A stretch of 64,000 nucleotides of DNA from Lama guanicoe (taxonomy: Eukaryota), in NCBI GenBank assembly GCA_013239625.1, contig MU054212.1:248001-312000 (forward strand). The letters are read 5' to 3'. The position numbers and the translations under genes were made by a program. The notes below the pieces were generated by a model, which saw only the letters and a program-made list of their open reading frames with translations, searched no databases and was not told the DNA's origin. Shown in pieces: positions 51,301 through 64,000 of the stretch. Positions within the stretch are counted from its first letter, which is position 1. The number at the start of each line of letters is the position of its first letter.

Positions 51301-52169
51301 ACAATTTCCCTTTAATTGGTATCTCTAACTTTAATCTCCAAAGTTTTGATTCTTCATCTGCCCTATCAGATTCAAACTCACCTCTCCATTGCAATGATAA
51401 ATAATTACTCATGAAAAATAATTATATTGAAACTGATAAAATACATTATCTGAATTAATGTAAATGGGCTAATTACTTTATTCTGGTTTGGATAATATTT
51501 AAGATGAGACTTAGGCTCAGGATCAAGAATTGTATATTGCACTCAGTTCAATAGATAATACTCTATTTAAAAGTATAATAAGCACTAATTAGAAGTTCAG
51601 GGTTGGAAAGAACTTTAAAGATGTCCAAGTCCTACCATTAATCTGAATTACTGCAAATCCTCAAATCAAGCGTCCATCCAGTTTGACATGAACACCCCCC
51701 AGTGACAAGGAACTCATAACCTTCCTAGACAGTTCATTTAGTCCTTGGTCAGCTCTGACCAAAAAAAAAGCAGGCATTGAAAAAACTATTTCTCTGTATT
51801 TCGTAATTAGAAAGTTTTTTTCTTTTTGAAATTATTTGTAGAATTTTAGAGATCATGGGAGAGTTTGTAGCAAGGATGCAGTTTCTCTGCATGTTTAACT
51901 TATTGCAAATACTAAAAATGTTTAATGGGTGGCAGGCAGCATGCTGGCACTATGTACACACTAGTACATGAAACACATTCCCTGCCCTCAATGTACTTGC
52001 AACCTAATGACATACAGAATAAATCAGAAGTTAAGTACTTTGTGGTATGTGACAAAACAGGGGTAAATGCAGGACCACAGGAGTTTACCAGAGGGTACCT
52101 AATCCAGTCTAGAGGATAAAAGTCCCCAAGAAGTGACATCAAACCTCAGGCTGAAGTATGAGTGACTGC

Positions 52170-54655
52170 ATTTAACACAATTACAAACAAAATTTCAGCA
52201 GAATTTTTTTTGCAGATAAATACAAACTGGTTCCATAATTTATATGAAGAGTCAAAGGAACAGTAAGAGCCAAAATAAGTTTGAAAAAACAAGATCAAAG
52301 TTGGAGAACTCACACTACTAATTTTAAAATTACTAATAAATATGGTGACAGTGTATTAATGGAGAAGGGATGCAGCTATAAATCAATGGAACAGGATAAA
52401 GACAACACAGATATAACCAACTGATTTTTGAAAAAGGTACAATGAGATTCAAAGAAGAAAGAATAGGTTTTCAACAAATGATCATGCAACACTTGTACAG
52501 CTATATGCAAAAAAAACCCTGCCTAAACCTTACATTCTGTATAAAGATTAAATCAAAGTAGATCATAGATCTAAATGTAAAACAGAAAAATGTAAAAGAT
52601 TTAGAAAAAGCATAGGAGAAAATCTTGATTATCTTGGGTTCAGCAAAGAGTTCTTAAGCATGACACTGAACACAAAATTCATTTTAAAAATTAATAAATT
52701 GAACTTCACCAAAATTTAAAACTTTTCCTCTAATGTCCCTCAAAAAAACTAAACATAAAATTACCAGATGATCCAGCAATTCCATTCTTAAGTATATAGC
52801 TAAAAGAACTGAAAGCAAGAACTCAAACAAATACGTGTACACCCATGTCATTGCAGCATTATTCACAAGCAAAAGATGTAAACAGCTCAAGTGGCCATCA
52901 AATGAATTGATTAAACAAAATGTGGTCTATAGATAAACGGAATGAGCTGATACATGTTACAACATGGATGAACCCTGAAAACATTATGCTTCGTGAAATA
53001 AGCCAGTCACAAATATTGTATGACTCCACTTTTATGAGATACCTAAAATAGGTCAATCCATAGAGACAGAAAATAGAATAAAGGTTACCAGGGGTTAGGC
53101 ACAGGAGGGAATGGGGAGTTATAGTTTAATAGGTACAGAGTTGCTGTTTGGGGTGATAAAAAAAAAAGTTTTGGAAATAGGTAGTGGTGATGGTTGCACA
53201 ACACTGTGAATGCAATAAATAATGCACTTAAAATGGTTAAAGTGGTAAATTATATATATGTATATACCTATGTACATATGAATTTATTGCCACAATTTCG
53301 AAAAAGAAAAGAATGGAGGGAAAGCTTTTCTTCTGTGAAAAGACACTGTTAGGAGAATGAAAGGGACAAGCTATAGACTGGGAGAAAATATTTGCAAATC
53401 ACATATCCATTAAAGGACCAGTATCCAGAACATATAAAGAACTCTCAAAACTTAATAGTAGGAAAAAAACCCAACATTTTTTAAATGGACAAAAGAGTTC
53501 AACAGATACTTTAGCCAAGAGGATAAAGAATGGCAAATAAGCACATGAAAAGATGCTCAACATCATTAGCCATTAGGGCAATCCAAATTAAAACCATGGT
53601 AAGATATCACTACACACCTACTAGGATTACTGCAATAAAGAATCATGACAATACCAAGTACTGGATGGAGTAACTGGCACTCTCGTATGTTACTGGTGGG
53701 AATTCAAAATGATAACAGCCACTCTGGAAAACAGTTTGTTCACTTCCCTATCAAATTAAATACATACTCATCATATGGCCCATCAATGCCACCCTTAGTT
53801 ACTTACCCTAGAGAAATAAACATTATATTTGTCCCAAAACCTCTACAGAAAGTTTTATAGCAGCTCTATTCATAATCACCAAATCTGGAAATAACTGAAA
53901 TATACTTCACTAGGTACACGGATAAGCAAATTGAGGTGTATCCACTCTATGAGACACTCGTCAGCAACAGAAGGGGACCAACAATTGATACTGTCTCAGT
54001 CAGCTCAGGCTGCTATGACAAAATACTGGGTAGTTTAAACAACACACATTTATTTCTAGCAGTTCTGGAGGCTGGGAAATCCAAGGTCAAGGTGCTGACA
54101 GATTCAATTCTTGGTGAAGGACCACCTCACAAGGCAGAGAGAGGGAGATCTGATGTCTCTTCTTCTTCTCAAAAAGGCACTAATCCTATCATAGGGTCTT
54201 CACCCTCATGACCACATCTAAACCTAATTAATTCCCAAAGGCCCCACCTCCAAATACTATACATCAGGACTTCAACATATGAATTTTGAGGGGACACAAA
54301 CATTCAGTCTATAACAGATACAAGCAACATAAATGGCTATCAAAGACATTGTACTCAGTGAAAGAAGCTGGTCTCAAAAGGTTACATACCATATGCTTTC
54401 ATTTATATGATGACTGTGGGAAAGGTAACACCATAGGGACTAAGAACAGATCAGTAGTTGCCAGGGGCCAGGAGTAGGGGAGGATAAGACAACAAAGGGT
54501 CAGTATAAGGGCGTATTTTGGGTGATAGAACTGTTTTGTATCCCAGCTGTGATCGCTATGACATGAATTCATATGTGTTAAAACTTATAGAACTGTAACC
54601 CTCCCTCAAAAGTCCATTTTTCCATGCATTAGTTTAAAAATCAAACTAAACTAAA
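52170..54655 (+). mobile_element. Old L1 ORF2-3'UTR with nested L1MB-like 3' end (about 52735-53310) and MLT1A
   Basis: L1 ORF2 motifs (aaagttggagaactcacacta; gactgggagaaaatatttgcaaatc); nested L1 flanked by aa(a/g)cttttc(c/t)tct. Confidence 0.85.
53992..54316 (-). mobile_element. MLT1A-like solo LTR with 5-bp TSD GATAC
   Basis: TG...CA ends; GATAC at 53987-53991 and 54317-54321; cagttctggaggctgggaaatccaaggtcaaggtg. Confidence 0.9.
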
Positions 54656-55650
54656 AGTTTTTAATGGAATCAGATTCTAGTCAGGGAGCTAAGTACCAGG
54701 AAAGAACATTTATTTAAACCTGTAGGTGAGATCAGTACTAGTTCTAAGTAGCCTATAGTGATGGTTGGTTTAAGGGAAAGAACTTTTTTTCATTAAAGTA
54801 CTGGAACCACAGTTAACCTTACAAATGTTACAAGAGCAAAATACATGGAGACAAATTAGCACCAGCCTCTGAATGCAGAGCAGTGGGAAGAAGGTTCTCG
54901 GGGAGGGAAGTGAGGGGTATTACCCAAACATCAGCTTCCAGAGCACACCAAGTGGGGTCTGAGTTTGAGGAAGAGATTACTCTAAGAATAATATGTGCAG
55001 CAGTCAGACCTGAAGAAGGCAGAGGCAGTCCCTCAGTGTCCACTGTTGAAGGCAACGATTCAGAGGACCACTGACTGGGTATTTGAGCCCAAGAACAGTC
55101 TGGGAAGAACATGGAGCTGCCTAGGAAATAGGGCCCCAGAGGAAGCCACTAGAGTGAGTGCTCCCTGGAAATTGTCCTGAGGAGACCTGGCAGCATAAAC
55201 AACAACACCCAAGCTAAGCTTCCCCCGCATTAAAGGTAAAGGTGACCAGGAGAAGTTTCCAGTAGAATCCTGCCCAGTGGCTAACTACAAATGACAGAAT
55301 CTAAATCTTCCATGCTTGGGTCTTCTCTGTTCAAATGGAAATAGAGATGGATAAACTGTTTATTTCTTTCATCTACTGGTAGGGGTAGGGTGGGGGACTC
55401 AAGGCTGTTCAGTTGCAAGGAGCTCTTAATTTAGACTTTCAAAGTGAGGGTGAATTCTTTGAAATAAAATAGATGATTATAGAGGTGAGTATGTAATTCA
55501 AGAATTTTTATTATTATATAGAAAACAGTACTGCACAGTGATGGTTATCTTAAAATATCTTCACTAGGTATACCATATAGTCTTTGTATACTTTGTTTCT
55601 GAAACCCATCCCTTAGTTTGGCAGAATTGTATGTAAATGACTGTAACTGT

Positions 55651-55664
55651 CCACCAGAGGGAGA
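55651..55664 (+). promoter_or_regulatory. CTCF-like motif
   Basis: CCACCAGAGGGAGA preceded by CTGTAAC (upstream-motif-like). Confidence 0.5.
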
Positions 55665-55724
55665 CTCATGACTGTGTTTTTCTCTTGGGGATCCAGGTTT
55701 AATAAGCACTTTTGAAACAAACAT

Positions 55725-55983
55725 GATTGGAGCAGGGGAAGCGGGTAGGAAGGGATAAATTGGGAGTTCAAGATTTGCAAATACTAACTACTATATATAA
55801 AAGAGATTTAAAAAACAAATTTCTTCTGTATAGCACAGGGAACTATATTCAATATCTTGTAGCAACCTATAATGAAAAAGAACATGAAAACAAATATATA
55901 TATATGTATACTTATGACTGAAACATGCTGTACATCAGAAATTGACACATTATAACTGACTATACTTCTGTTAAAAAAAAAAA
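55725..55983 (+). mobile_element. Lineage-specific L1 3' end
   Basis: agggataaattgggagttcaagatttgc...ctgtatagcacagggaactatattcaatatcttgt...actgactatacttc then poly(A). Confidence 0.85.
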
Positions 55984-58900
55984 GAGGGTACTTTGGCCAA
56001 AATCTCTACCACATGTTGGTATAGAGTGAGGTAATCCAAGAGGGAGAAGAGATTTATGGTTCTGGAATGAGATAAAAGGATAAAGCAGAGAGGAGTGGTT
56101 CTGGCCTCCTTGAGTGTCCTGCTTTTCCTCTGGGCCTTGGGTGACTTTCTGCTCCTGATCCTCTGGGGTCTGCAAAGCTGAGCTGTTTGTCTGCCTTGGA
56201 AAGCAAAGTCCTTTGGATTCCTGGCACTGTCCACGCTGAACAAACTGTATAGGGAATACTCCCACCCTACACACCCGCTGCCAAAGGAATGTGTCGTTCA
56301 GCGCAAGGAGGCATTAACTAAACTTCAAAAGATCCCTCCAGGGATTATAAATGCCCTGATGGAGCAGAGCCAAAGGTAATTCAACCCTGAGCCACATCAT
56401 GGAATTTGGTGGAGGATGGTTTTAGTCTTCTTTGGAAGGTTTCCTTTGTTAATGCACTCAACAAGGAGGAAGACTTTACCAGGACACAGGTATTATTTCA
56501 CGTTTTAAAAGGGATCCCTAAATAATAGGAAAGATCTAACAATGAAATGAACCCATCATTAGAAGCATGCAAAGGTTGTTCTAAAAGATCTCTGAATAGA
56601 ACATGTTGCTAGTCTAGTTTATACTTCAGATTCTATGAAGTATGTATATTTCACCTTTTACCTGCAAAGGGAGGTTTAAAACTAGAAACGACTCCTTAAC
56701 AAACAGATATTAAAGAATGTACCAGTACAACTGTAAGGTACTGCTGGGATTCTTCTCTTCATCATTCTTTTAAAATAAATCAGACATATTTCATTGTGCA
56801 ATTGCTTTCCATTGATGATTACCTAATTTCCCACGTTAAGCACCCAAACCAGATCTTGAAAATGAAAAAAAAAAATTAGACTTCAGCTTACCACCCGTAA
56901 GGGAACAAACACACAATTCTGCATGGCTTGGCTGCAAACTTTTTTTAAAATCCCATCTTATTTTAATATCCAGGACTTCGGGGTCTTGGGGGTTGGCGTA
57001 AAAGCAGGGTCATAAGAGAGGAGTGCTTTTCCCTTCCTGCTGGCTAAAGCAGACTGGTATGGCGTAGTCGTGACTGGAGTTAGGAGTGCAGGCTCACAGA
57101 TCTGTAATGGGAAAGAAGCCAGGGTCTAAGCATTCTTTTCCTTGGGCTCTAATCAGCTGAGGGAACCAGTGAAAGATGACAAACAGGAATGAGATTGCTT
57201 AGTGAGATCCTCTCCAGCCATGGTTTGTGATGCAAAAAGCTCGGAAGACTACAGGTGCTGCTTCAGCTGCAAACACTGAGCGTGTTAGGACAGGCAGGGG
57301 ATTGCCATGTACCCTGGCACTGGGTACTCACAGGGTTCCGTGAACAAGGGGCCTATGAAATTGGCCAACAGTCATACGCATGGGAATTCATCTTTGGTTC
57401 CAGAGGACATAAAATGAACTGTTCCAGTAAAACAGAAACTTAAGGAGGAAAAACAAACCAGTATGAAAATGTAAACTTAGCCATGTCTGTTTTGGTACTA
57501 GAGGAGCAGAGGTGATCGGAATGACCGCAGAGACTCTGACACCCCACCCCTTTTTTTGTCCATGAACAGACATAGAATCGCAAGAACTTTTAGAGCCAAA
57601 GGTTAATCACAGAAATGGATCAGTTTCCATCTCCCAGATCTCCCAGGAACAAAATCTGTGTAAGGAATCTGATGACATGTTCCTGGATTGTCCATAAAAA
57701 CCATTTCCCCAAATAACATCAGCTAACTCTGGATTCTATCTTTGGGACTATCCCCAAATTCACTGGGGATATCAGTGTATTAACTCAGTTCGGTTTTACC
57801 AGGGTATGCTACAATTTGCAAAGCTGTGTCATAAAACCACATAGTTAGTGTGGATGAAAATACTATTAATTAGAGATAAGCATATGTCCAAGAACTTGCT
57901 GTAATCAGATCTTGTGGGAATTCAGCTCAGTACTTTGCCAATTAGAAATAAAAAATAGATTTAGTTGTGAAATGAAGTCCCCGTCTTACAGGAATAGATT
58001 CCTGTGACTTTTTCTAAGAAAAAATTTGCTCACTTCATCACACTCACCTTCTCTTGATTAAGAAATCCAATCTTGTAGGAAATAATAAGCAATGAGCCTT
58101 CATTTTTGATATTATCTTTTAAAAAGACTTTCTAAAATTTTCCTTTTAAAAGTAGTTTAGGCTTGATCCCCAAAACAGTTATACTTAGGTTATAAAAATA
58201 AAATTTCTAAAACACAGAATTTTTTTAGAAAGTTCTTTATGAGATAACAAAAACATAAAGATCACTGTGCATTTCTTTATAAAAATGGAAATTAGACATG
58301 ATAAAAATGAACCAATCGCTTCAAAATCGAGTTTTTGGTAACTTTTCAAATGACAAAATAGATTTATTTCAGAGAATATTTGTGCTTCCTAATGGTGAAG
58401 TTGTAAGATAAAGCCCCAGAAGAACAAATTCTGGAAAGCTCAATAATTATATTTTTTTAATTTATAAGTACTAACTATACAGCTGTATGTTATAGCTTTA
58501 AAAATCATGTTATACTTGAGTGAAATGAATTTGATTTAATACAGTAATTTCCCAATATTTCTGAACAAAGCTCGCAGAAACATTTGACCTAGCCGAAGAA
58601 ACACAGCTTTCAAGGTAGTTTAAGGTAGATCCAGGCTTGGAACACAACTCTCCTAATTCAGGGCTTTTTCACAGGCATCATGATGCTTCCCTCTGCCTCA
58701 GCCTAGACCTTCTCCAACCTAGCATGTGTCCCACACCCTCCTTTCAGTGCTGAGACTCTGCACCTCCCTGGTTTGGCCTCTCTGATGCAGCCCCTCATAT
58801 CCTACCTGGCTTCCAGCAGCTCATCCTTCTCTGATCATTTTTCCTTGCCCTCTGCTAATAAGGCCATGCTAACATGTGTCTGACCTTTTCTCCGTCAAAA

Positions 58901-59708
58901 AGCCACATCCCCTTCCCTCAACCCTGGAGCTATATATTCTGCCTACATGGTAATAGTTGACTTGCCTAATAAATGCATCTGTCTATACACTAAGAAAAGA
59001 AGACTAGAGAAGCTCTCTCCCCTCCTAGCTGTCAGGTACCCTGTTTCTAAAGACATAAAGGAAATCACAACAGCACTGAGGTGCCCCAGGGAGGTGCCTC
59101 CCTTAAGTCTACACCCATGGTTGGTTATGACCACTGACATTAGATCATGCCAATCCCAACAACCCACTACCTACCCAGGATGACCTCTACCTTTGAGAAT
59201 AAGCATTTTAGTGCAAAAGTATTCTGGCCTCTGGTTGGACCAAAATGAATGTAACAATAGGGTTGGCAGTTTACAGACAAAATGGAAAATAATGATGACT
59301 AATAGTGAGCACCTGCTGTGAGCTAGATGCTATTACTGATTAATTAATTAGCAAATTAATTAATTCAACATATATTCAGGAGTAACTGACTACATGCTAG
59401 GTACATTTTAATGTCTGGAGATAAGAGTGAGCATGCTGCTTTCAAGATGGTTCAATAAGATCAGAATATGGAGTTCCAGAAGAGGGTAAAAAGAGATGAG
59501 GCTCAAGAGGCAAGATTAAGGGCAAATAACAAAGGAGTCTTGGTGCCACATGAAAGAACTCTTTTAGAGAGAAAGAACAAGAACTTCAGTAAGGCATCAG
59601 GCCTGAAGGTATAGATTTGGTAGTTTTTCACTGTATCAATAATCCTCACCAAAGAGTCTAGAAAAGTCAGCATTGTTTTTCCTACTTGACAGACTAAAAG
59701 CCCATAAT

Positions 59709-60229
59709 GTGCATCTCGATTTTATCTGACAAACCCCTTCCTCTCCATCTAGTAACAGCCTCCCTCTTCTTTTAGGAAACTGCTCCTCCCCATCCCATGC
59801 ATGTGGTTCAAGTGGAGCCAGTGTAGTGCCCTGTGCCTTCCAGGGCCAGGACCCAAGCTGGGCCATTACAGTAGCTTACATTTCTGGTCAGTCTTAGGGT
59901 GACATGACCAAAAGGAGGAAATTTTTACCTAGGTTTCTCTGAATTGTAACTGGGGTGAAGTACACCTTCCTCTCATAGCAAAGTTTACACATATCAGCAC
60001 CCTAACTACTGACACATAGCGCAGAGAGGCAGAACTACAATGGGAGGGAATCAAACAGGGGTCCATGAGAAGCAAAGAGAGGAGGCCCAATTGCAATAAG
60101 ACCTTGATTCCCGTTGTGCTCTGTTACACCCCTGTCTTTCCAGTTATATCAATAGTGACTCCCTCTCAGGATTCAAGCTAGTTCAAGCTGAGTTTCTGTC
60201 ACAGATAACCAGAAGTCCTGACTAATACA
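59709..60229 (+). mobile_element. Old MaLR LTR (MLT1K/L-like)
   Basis: Ends gagtttctgtcac...aaccagaagtcctgactaataca. Confidence 0.55.
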
Positions 60230-61334
60230 GAAATTAAGATTTAGGTAGGTTAAACAACTTGACTGAGGCAAGTAGGAGGCAGAACTTGAAAATATACCCA
60301 GGACATTCTGGCCACTACACCATGCCGCAGAGTACATGGTTCTAAGGTGATGCCCACTTTATGGCGGAGATTTTGTGGTTCAGTGAATGAAAAATTAAAG
60401 ATGGGTCAAGAACCAGGTTCAAAATCAGACAAGCTCAATTACTGTAACATTAGGCAAATCAGTTAATCTCTTTGAGCTCCACTGTAGAATGAAATAGATA
60501 TCGCTGCTGCCCACTTCATGGGTGTCTAATTAAGGAGGCTGCCACATGTGGGAACACTTTGAAAACAATAAAGTTCTCAAATACTTTGAAACTTTAAGTT
60601 ACTTTTATAACTAAGAAAAAAATTACAAAATACTATCCCAAGGTAAGTATTGCCAATCTCTATCAGTCATAGAAATGTGTATTAAATTCATTCTCTCATT
60701 GCTTAAACCACAATCACAGGGGTGGGAAACAGAAATCCAGAATGTTATCTCATCCATGTTACTTTCTATCTGAATAAACAGTCACTTCTGTGTTATTGTT
60801 GTTACCAAACATTTATTGAAAGCTAGACATGGTCTAGCTGCCCTGAAAAATACAAAATCTAGAGAAGTCTTTGGGAAAGGCAGGAAACCCAGAGCAATGG
60901 TTGGCATGGTACTTGGGAACAAGATAGCAAGGCGTGGTTCCCAAGTCCCCTTCAGAATTAATATGGTAGTGTGTCCACATTCTAAGCCTGTTCTGCACTG
61001 CCTTTTCCATCCGCCTCTCGCATGGGGCATTTTGAAGACTGGTAAGATAATTCAACATGCATGTCTTGAGGACAGAGCATGATGTTCTGTAAGTAGGCTT
61101 GGTTCTGTTTATTGCAGACACCACTTCATTTTTGAAAACAGAACCCTGTCTTTTCCTTTGGGGTATTTTTTATGACATCATAAGGATGTCACTGTTTTTC
61201 TTTGCTGCACAGGTGTACCATGCTTAGACGACAGGAAGTTCTTTATCTCAGAAATGTTCATGTAAATCTCATTTACTCAAAATCAAACTATATCCAATAT
61301 GTAATAGGATCCCTGTAGAACTCATGTGGGAAGT

Positions 61335-61530
61335 GGTGTTATGTACAGGAAAGAGTGGAGGCTGGGAGTCAGAAAATCAAGATTCAAGCATTAGTTCAAT
61401 CATTTCCTACTTGAGTGATTCTTACAATTCATTTACCATCATTGCCCAATAGTTTTCATATTGGTAAAATGAGAAAAAAAATGGGTCTTTTACCTACATT
61501 ATGAATTTTCATGAGTACCCAATGAAATGT
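61335..61530 (+). mobile_element. MIR SINE
   Basis: ggaaagagtggaggctgggagtcagaaaa...gttttcatattggtaaaatgag. Confidence 0.65.
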
Positions 61531-61786
61531 TTTTGAGTAGGATAAAGAAAGACTAAATCCATGCCCTCTGGGGTTTCAATCCCTTTTCATAAAAACCCAA
61601 CTACAAGAATTGGAAACAATGAGGAAGAGAAGGCAATGGATCTAAAAATGAAACCATCTCAAGCAACAGACATATTTCTGCACATAGCCAGGACTCAGTA
61701 AGTATTTCCTGACTAAATAAGAAATGTATTTAACTGTATCAGCCACCATTTACTATCCGGTGCACTGGAAACCACAAGCAGTCCTA

Positions 61787-61800
61787 CACCTAGGTGGCAC
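61787..61800 (+). promoter_or_regulatory. CTCF-like motif
   Basis: CACCTAGGTGGCAC preceded by AGCAGT. Confidence 0.45.
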
Positions 61801-62054
61801 TCACTTATTCTTACAACAAAGGCTATCAGCAACCTATCAAAAAATAACTCATTATCAGAGGTGATAGTTCCCATGTGGGAAGAAAACTACATATTTTAAG
61901 TCATTCATTTACCTGAGGAGTCTTTTATGTTTTAAGACAGTTCTCAGAATGTGGTCCTTAAGACACCAGCACCAGAACTTACCCCAAAGTTACATTTTGA
62001 AAAAGTAAAATCCTGGATCCCAGCCCAGATTCAGTGAATTAGAAACTAGGTAAT

Positions 62055-62150
62055 TTGTGTACGACTGAAGGATTATGCTGTACACAAAAAATTGGCACAA
62101 CATTGTAAACTGACTATACTTCAGTTAAAAACATATATATACCAAAAAAA
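62055..62150 (+). mobile_element. Very short L1 3' tail inside a MER5-like element (about 61938-62230)
   Basis: TSD agaaacta(g/a)gtaat at 62041-62054 and 62151-62164; cattgtaaactgactatacttca. Confidence 0.85.
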
Positions 62151-62251
62151 AGAAACTAAGTAATCTGCATTTTAACACACACACAACAAACCCTCTCTTA
62201 CACTGTAATTCTAAAGTTTGAGAGAGGTTTCTGGAAATAAGAAAAACTATA

Positions 62252-62340
62252 TTTTTTTATTGAAGTACAGTCAATTACAATGTGTACAGCACAATGTCCT
62301 AGTCATGCATATACATACATACATTCATCTTCATATTTTT
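62252..62340 (-). mobile_element. Very short L1 3' tail
   Basis: Poly(T) then attgaagtacagtcaattacaatg; TSD aagaaaaact(a/g)tat starting at 62239 and 62341. Confidence 0.8.
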
Positions 62341-62762
62341 AAGAAAAACTGTATCTTTAGAAAAACCTAGCTCAGAAGAAAATGCCTTCAGCCTTCTGAG
62401 GTTTTTTTTTTGTTGCTAAACATAATAAACACTTCTAGTGAGTCCTGGCAATTCATCATGCTATAAACCGTTAACTAAAACTGCACTAAACGTATTTAAA
62501 AAAAAAATCAGTTCCTAGAATTCCAGTGTTACTGTGAAGTAATACAAATGTTACATATCATATGCCTAATAATCTGCTGGGTTTTGTTTTTAATATTTGG
62601 ATTATTCTTAATATCTGATTTTTTTTTAAATGGAGCAAGACTGTAGTCAGAGCAAGAGCATGATGAACTGGGATCCCTCTTTCTTGGGGTTGGGGAGGGC
62701 AGGCACTACACGACCGTAGGAACCAAGCATCTAGCAACTAGGCAGCCACTTGATTTGGTGAC

Positions 62763-63256
62763 TGTCAAGAAGAGCAAAGGGGGTAAGATTTTACCCTGCT
62801 TGTGTGCTAACCAGTTAGTCTGCCAGTTTCATGCGTGCTGCTGGAAGACACAAGATTCCGGGATCAGAGAAAAGGACTTAAGCACTCAAGCCATAGCATA
62901 AGCACAAGCTTCATATCTGTATTGGTTTCCCCGTCCCCAGGACCCACAGTGGCACAGTTGGGGACCCCCAGGTGGATGCTGTGCTCACCATGGATCTGCA
63001 TCACAGCTGAGCAACCTCAGGCTTAGGAGACCCGAATCTCACAATGGCTGCAAGCAAACCTGCACAACCTTTGCTCCAGAAGGAGACATTATTATACTGG
63101 ATAAAAAGAAACCTCTGCTCTGAAGGGCGATGCTATCTCTGTTTTCTAAGACTGTGCACTATAAAACACTGTTGAAAACATAATCTGGAACATGAGGCTG
63201 TCAGTGCCTCTATTCACTAGATGTGCAAGAGCCCCACATAGAATTGTCTCCCAACA
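62763..63256 (-). mobile_element. ERVL solo LTR (LTR40-like) with 5-bp TSD GTGAC
   Basis: Minus strand starts TGTTGGGAGACAATTCT; GTGAC at 62758-62762 and 63257-63261. Confidence 0.85.
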
Positions 63257-63680
63257 GTGACTTAGCAGGTTCTGGAAAAGACCTAGAGTCACATAATAAC
63301 ATCAGCCCATTGTATCATTCATTTGCACCAAAGAATATTTAGTGAGAGAAAATCCCCAACTCCACTCCCTTCTTTAAGAAAACAGAAGCAGAGCACACAG
63401 AGCACACAGGTACATAGCAGGTATTCAACAAGTGCTAATTCCCTTCCCCAGGGCCCCTACACGTTTCCTTCCACATGATCTTGGTGCTCTTTTCTTTGAC
63501 ATAACCTCTTATGTTCCATGTCTTCAGCTTCATTAAAAAAAAAAACTATCAAAGCTGAAAGTATGAGTCACAAAGGAGTTTCTCCCAGATGGCTCTACTT
63601 ATAATTTTCCCAAAGATCTAAAGAACTTTTTTGGATGTTTTGTCTTCGAGTCTGACTTTGTGTTTCCACCCATGTGTGAT

Positions 63681-63694
63681 ACACTAGGTGGTGC
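63681..63694 (+). promoter_or_regulatory. CTCF-like motif
   Basis: ACACTAGGTGGTGC(TA), two mismatches from CCACTAGGTGGCGCTA. Confidence 0.55.
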
Positions 63695-64000
63695 TAATGG
63701 CCTGATCTGAGCTGGGACGCTTTTTCCAGTGAGGTAAAAGGCTAACCTGTCACTTTGTAAAAAGAGTATGTCTCAATTATTAATAACTATACTTTTTGAA
63801 AATATAAGGGGGAAATAATGCTTTAAGTTAAGAATGATCAGGGGTCTTTTCCTTCCCGAAATTATTTATAACCAGCTACTTTGTAAAGGACAGATTTCAG
63901 CTATAATTCTGCAGAAATGTTGATCTTTAAGAAAAGCTGTAGCCTGAGTGAAATCTTCTAAACTAGAAAGTCACCAGTCCTGGAGGAGTGACAATACAGA

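Overview
Mammalian, AT-rich (about 40% GC by eye), CpG-depleted, repeat-dense sequence that looks intronic or intergenic. I recognise no intact protein-coding gene, RNA gene or CpG island. The short tRNA-derived SINEs (about 13.3, 32.7 and 38.9 kb) resemble the camelid Vic-1 type. With artiodactyl-type L1 3' ends and no Alu, Bov-A, PRE-1 or B1/B2, they point to a camelid genome (inference). Most of the window is ancient L2, MIR, CR1/L3, hAT/Tigger and MaLR/ERVL LTR sequence plus nested L1s. All family names are from recalled consensus sequences, not a database search, and many boundaries are approximate. Most interesting points: (1) in-phase minus-strand candidate exons at 7074-6794 and 5608-5511 with one in-frame stop, plus a clean candidate exon at 37339-37177; (2) a 122-bp MER21-like LTR fragment with poly(A) and a perfect 17-bp TSD, apparently retroposed by L1; (3) a roughly 250-bp tandem duplication differing only by indels; (4) a divergent set of CTCF-like motifs. 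I found no convincing novel multi-gene system.
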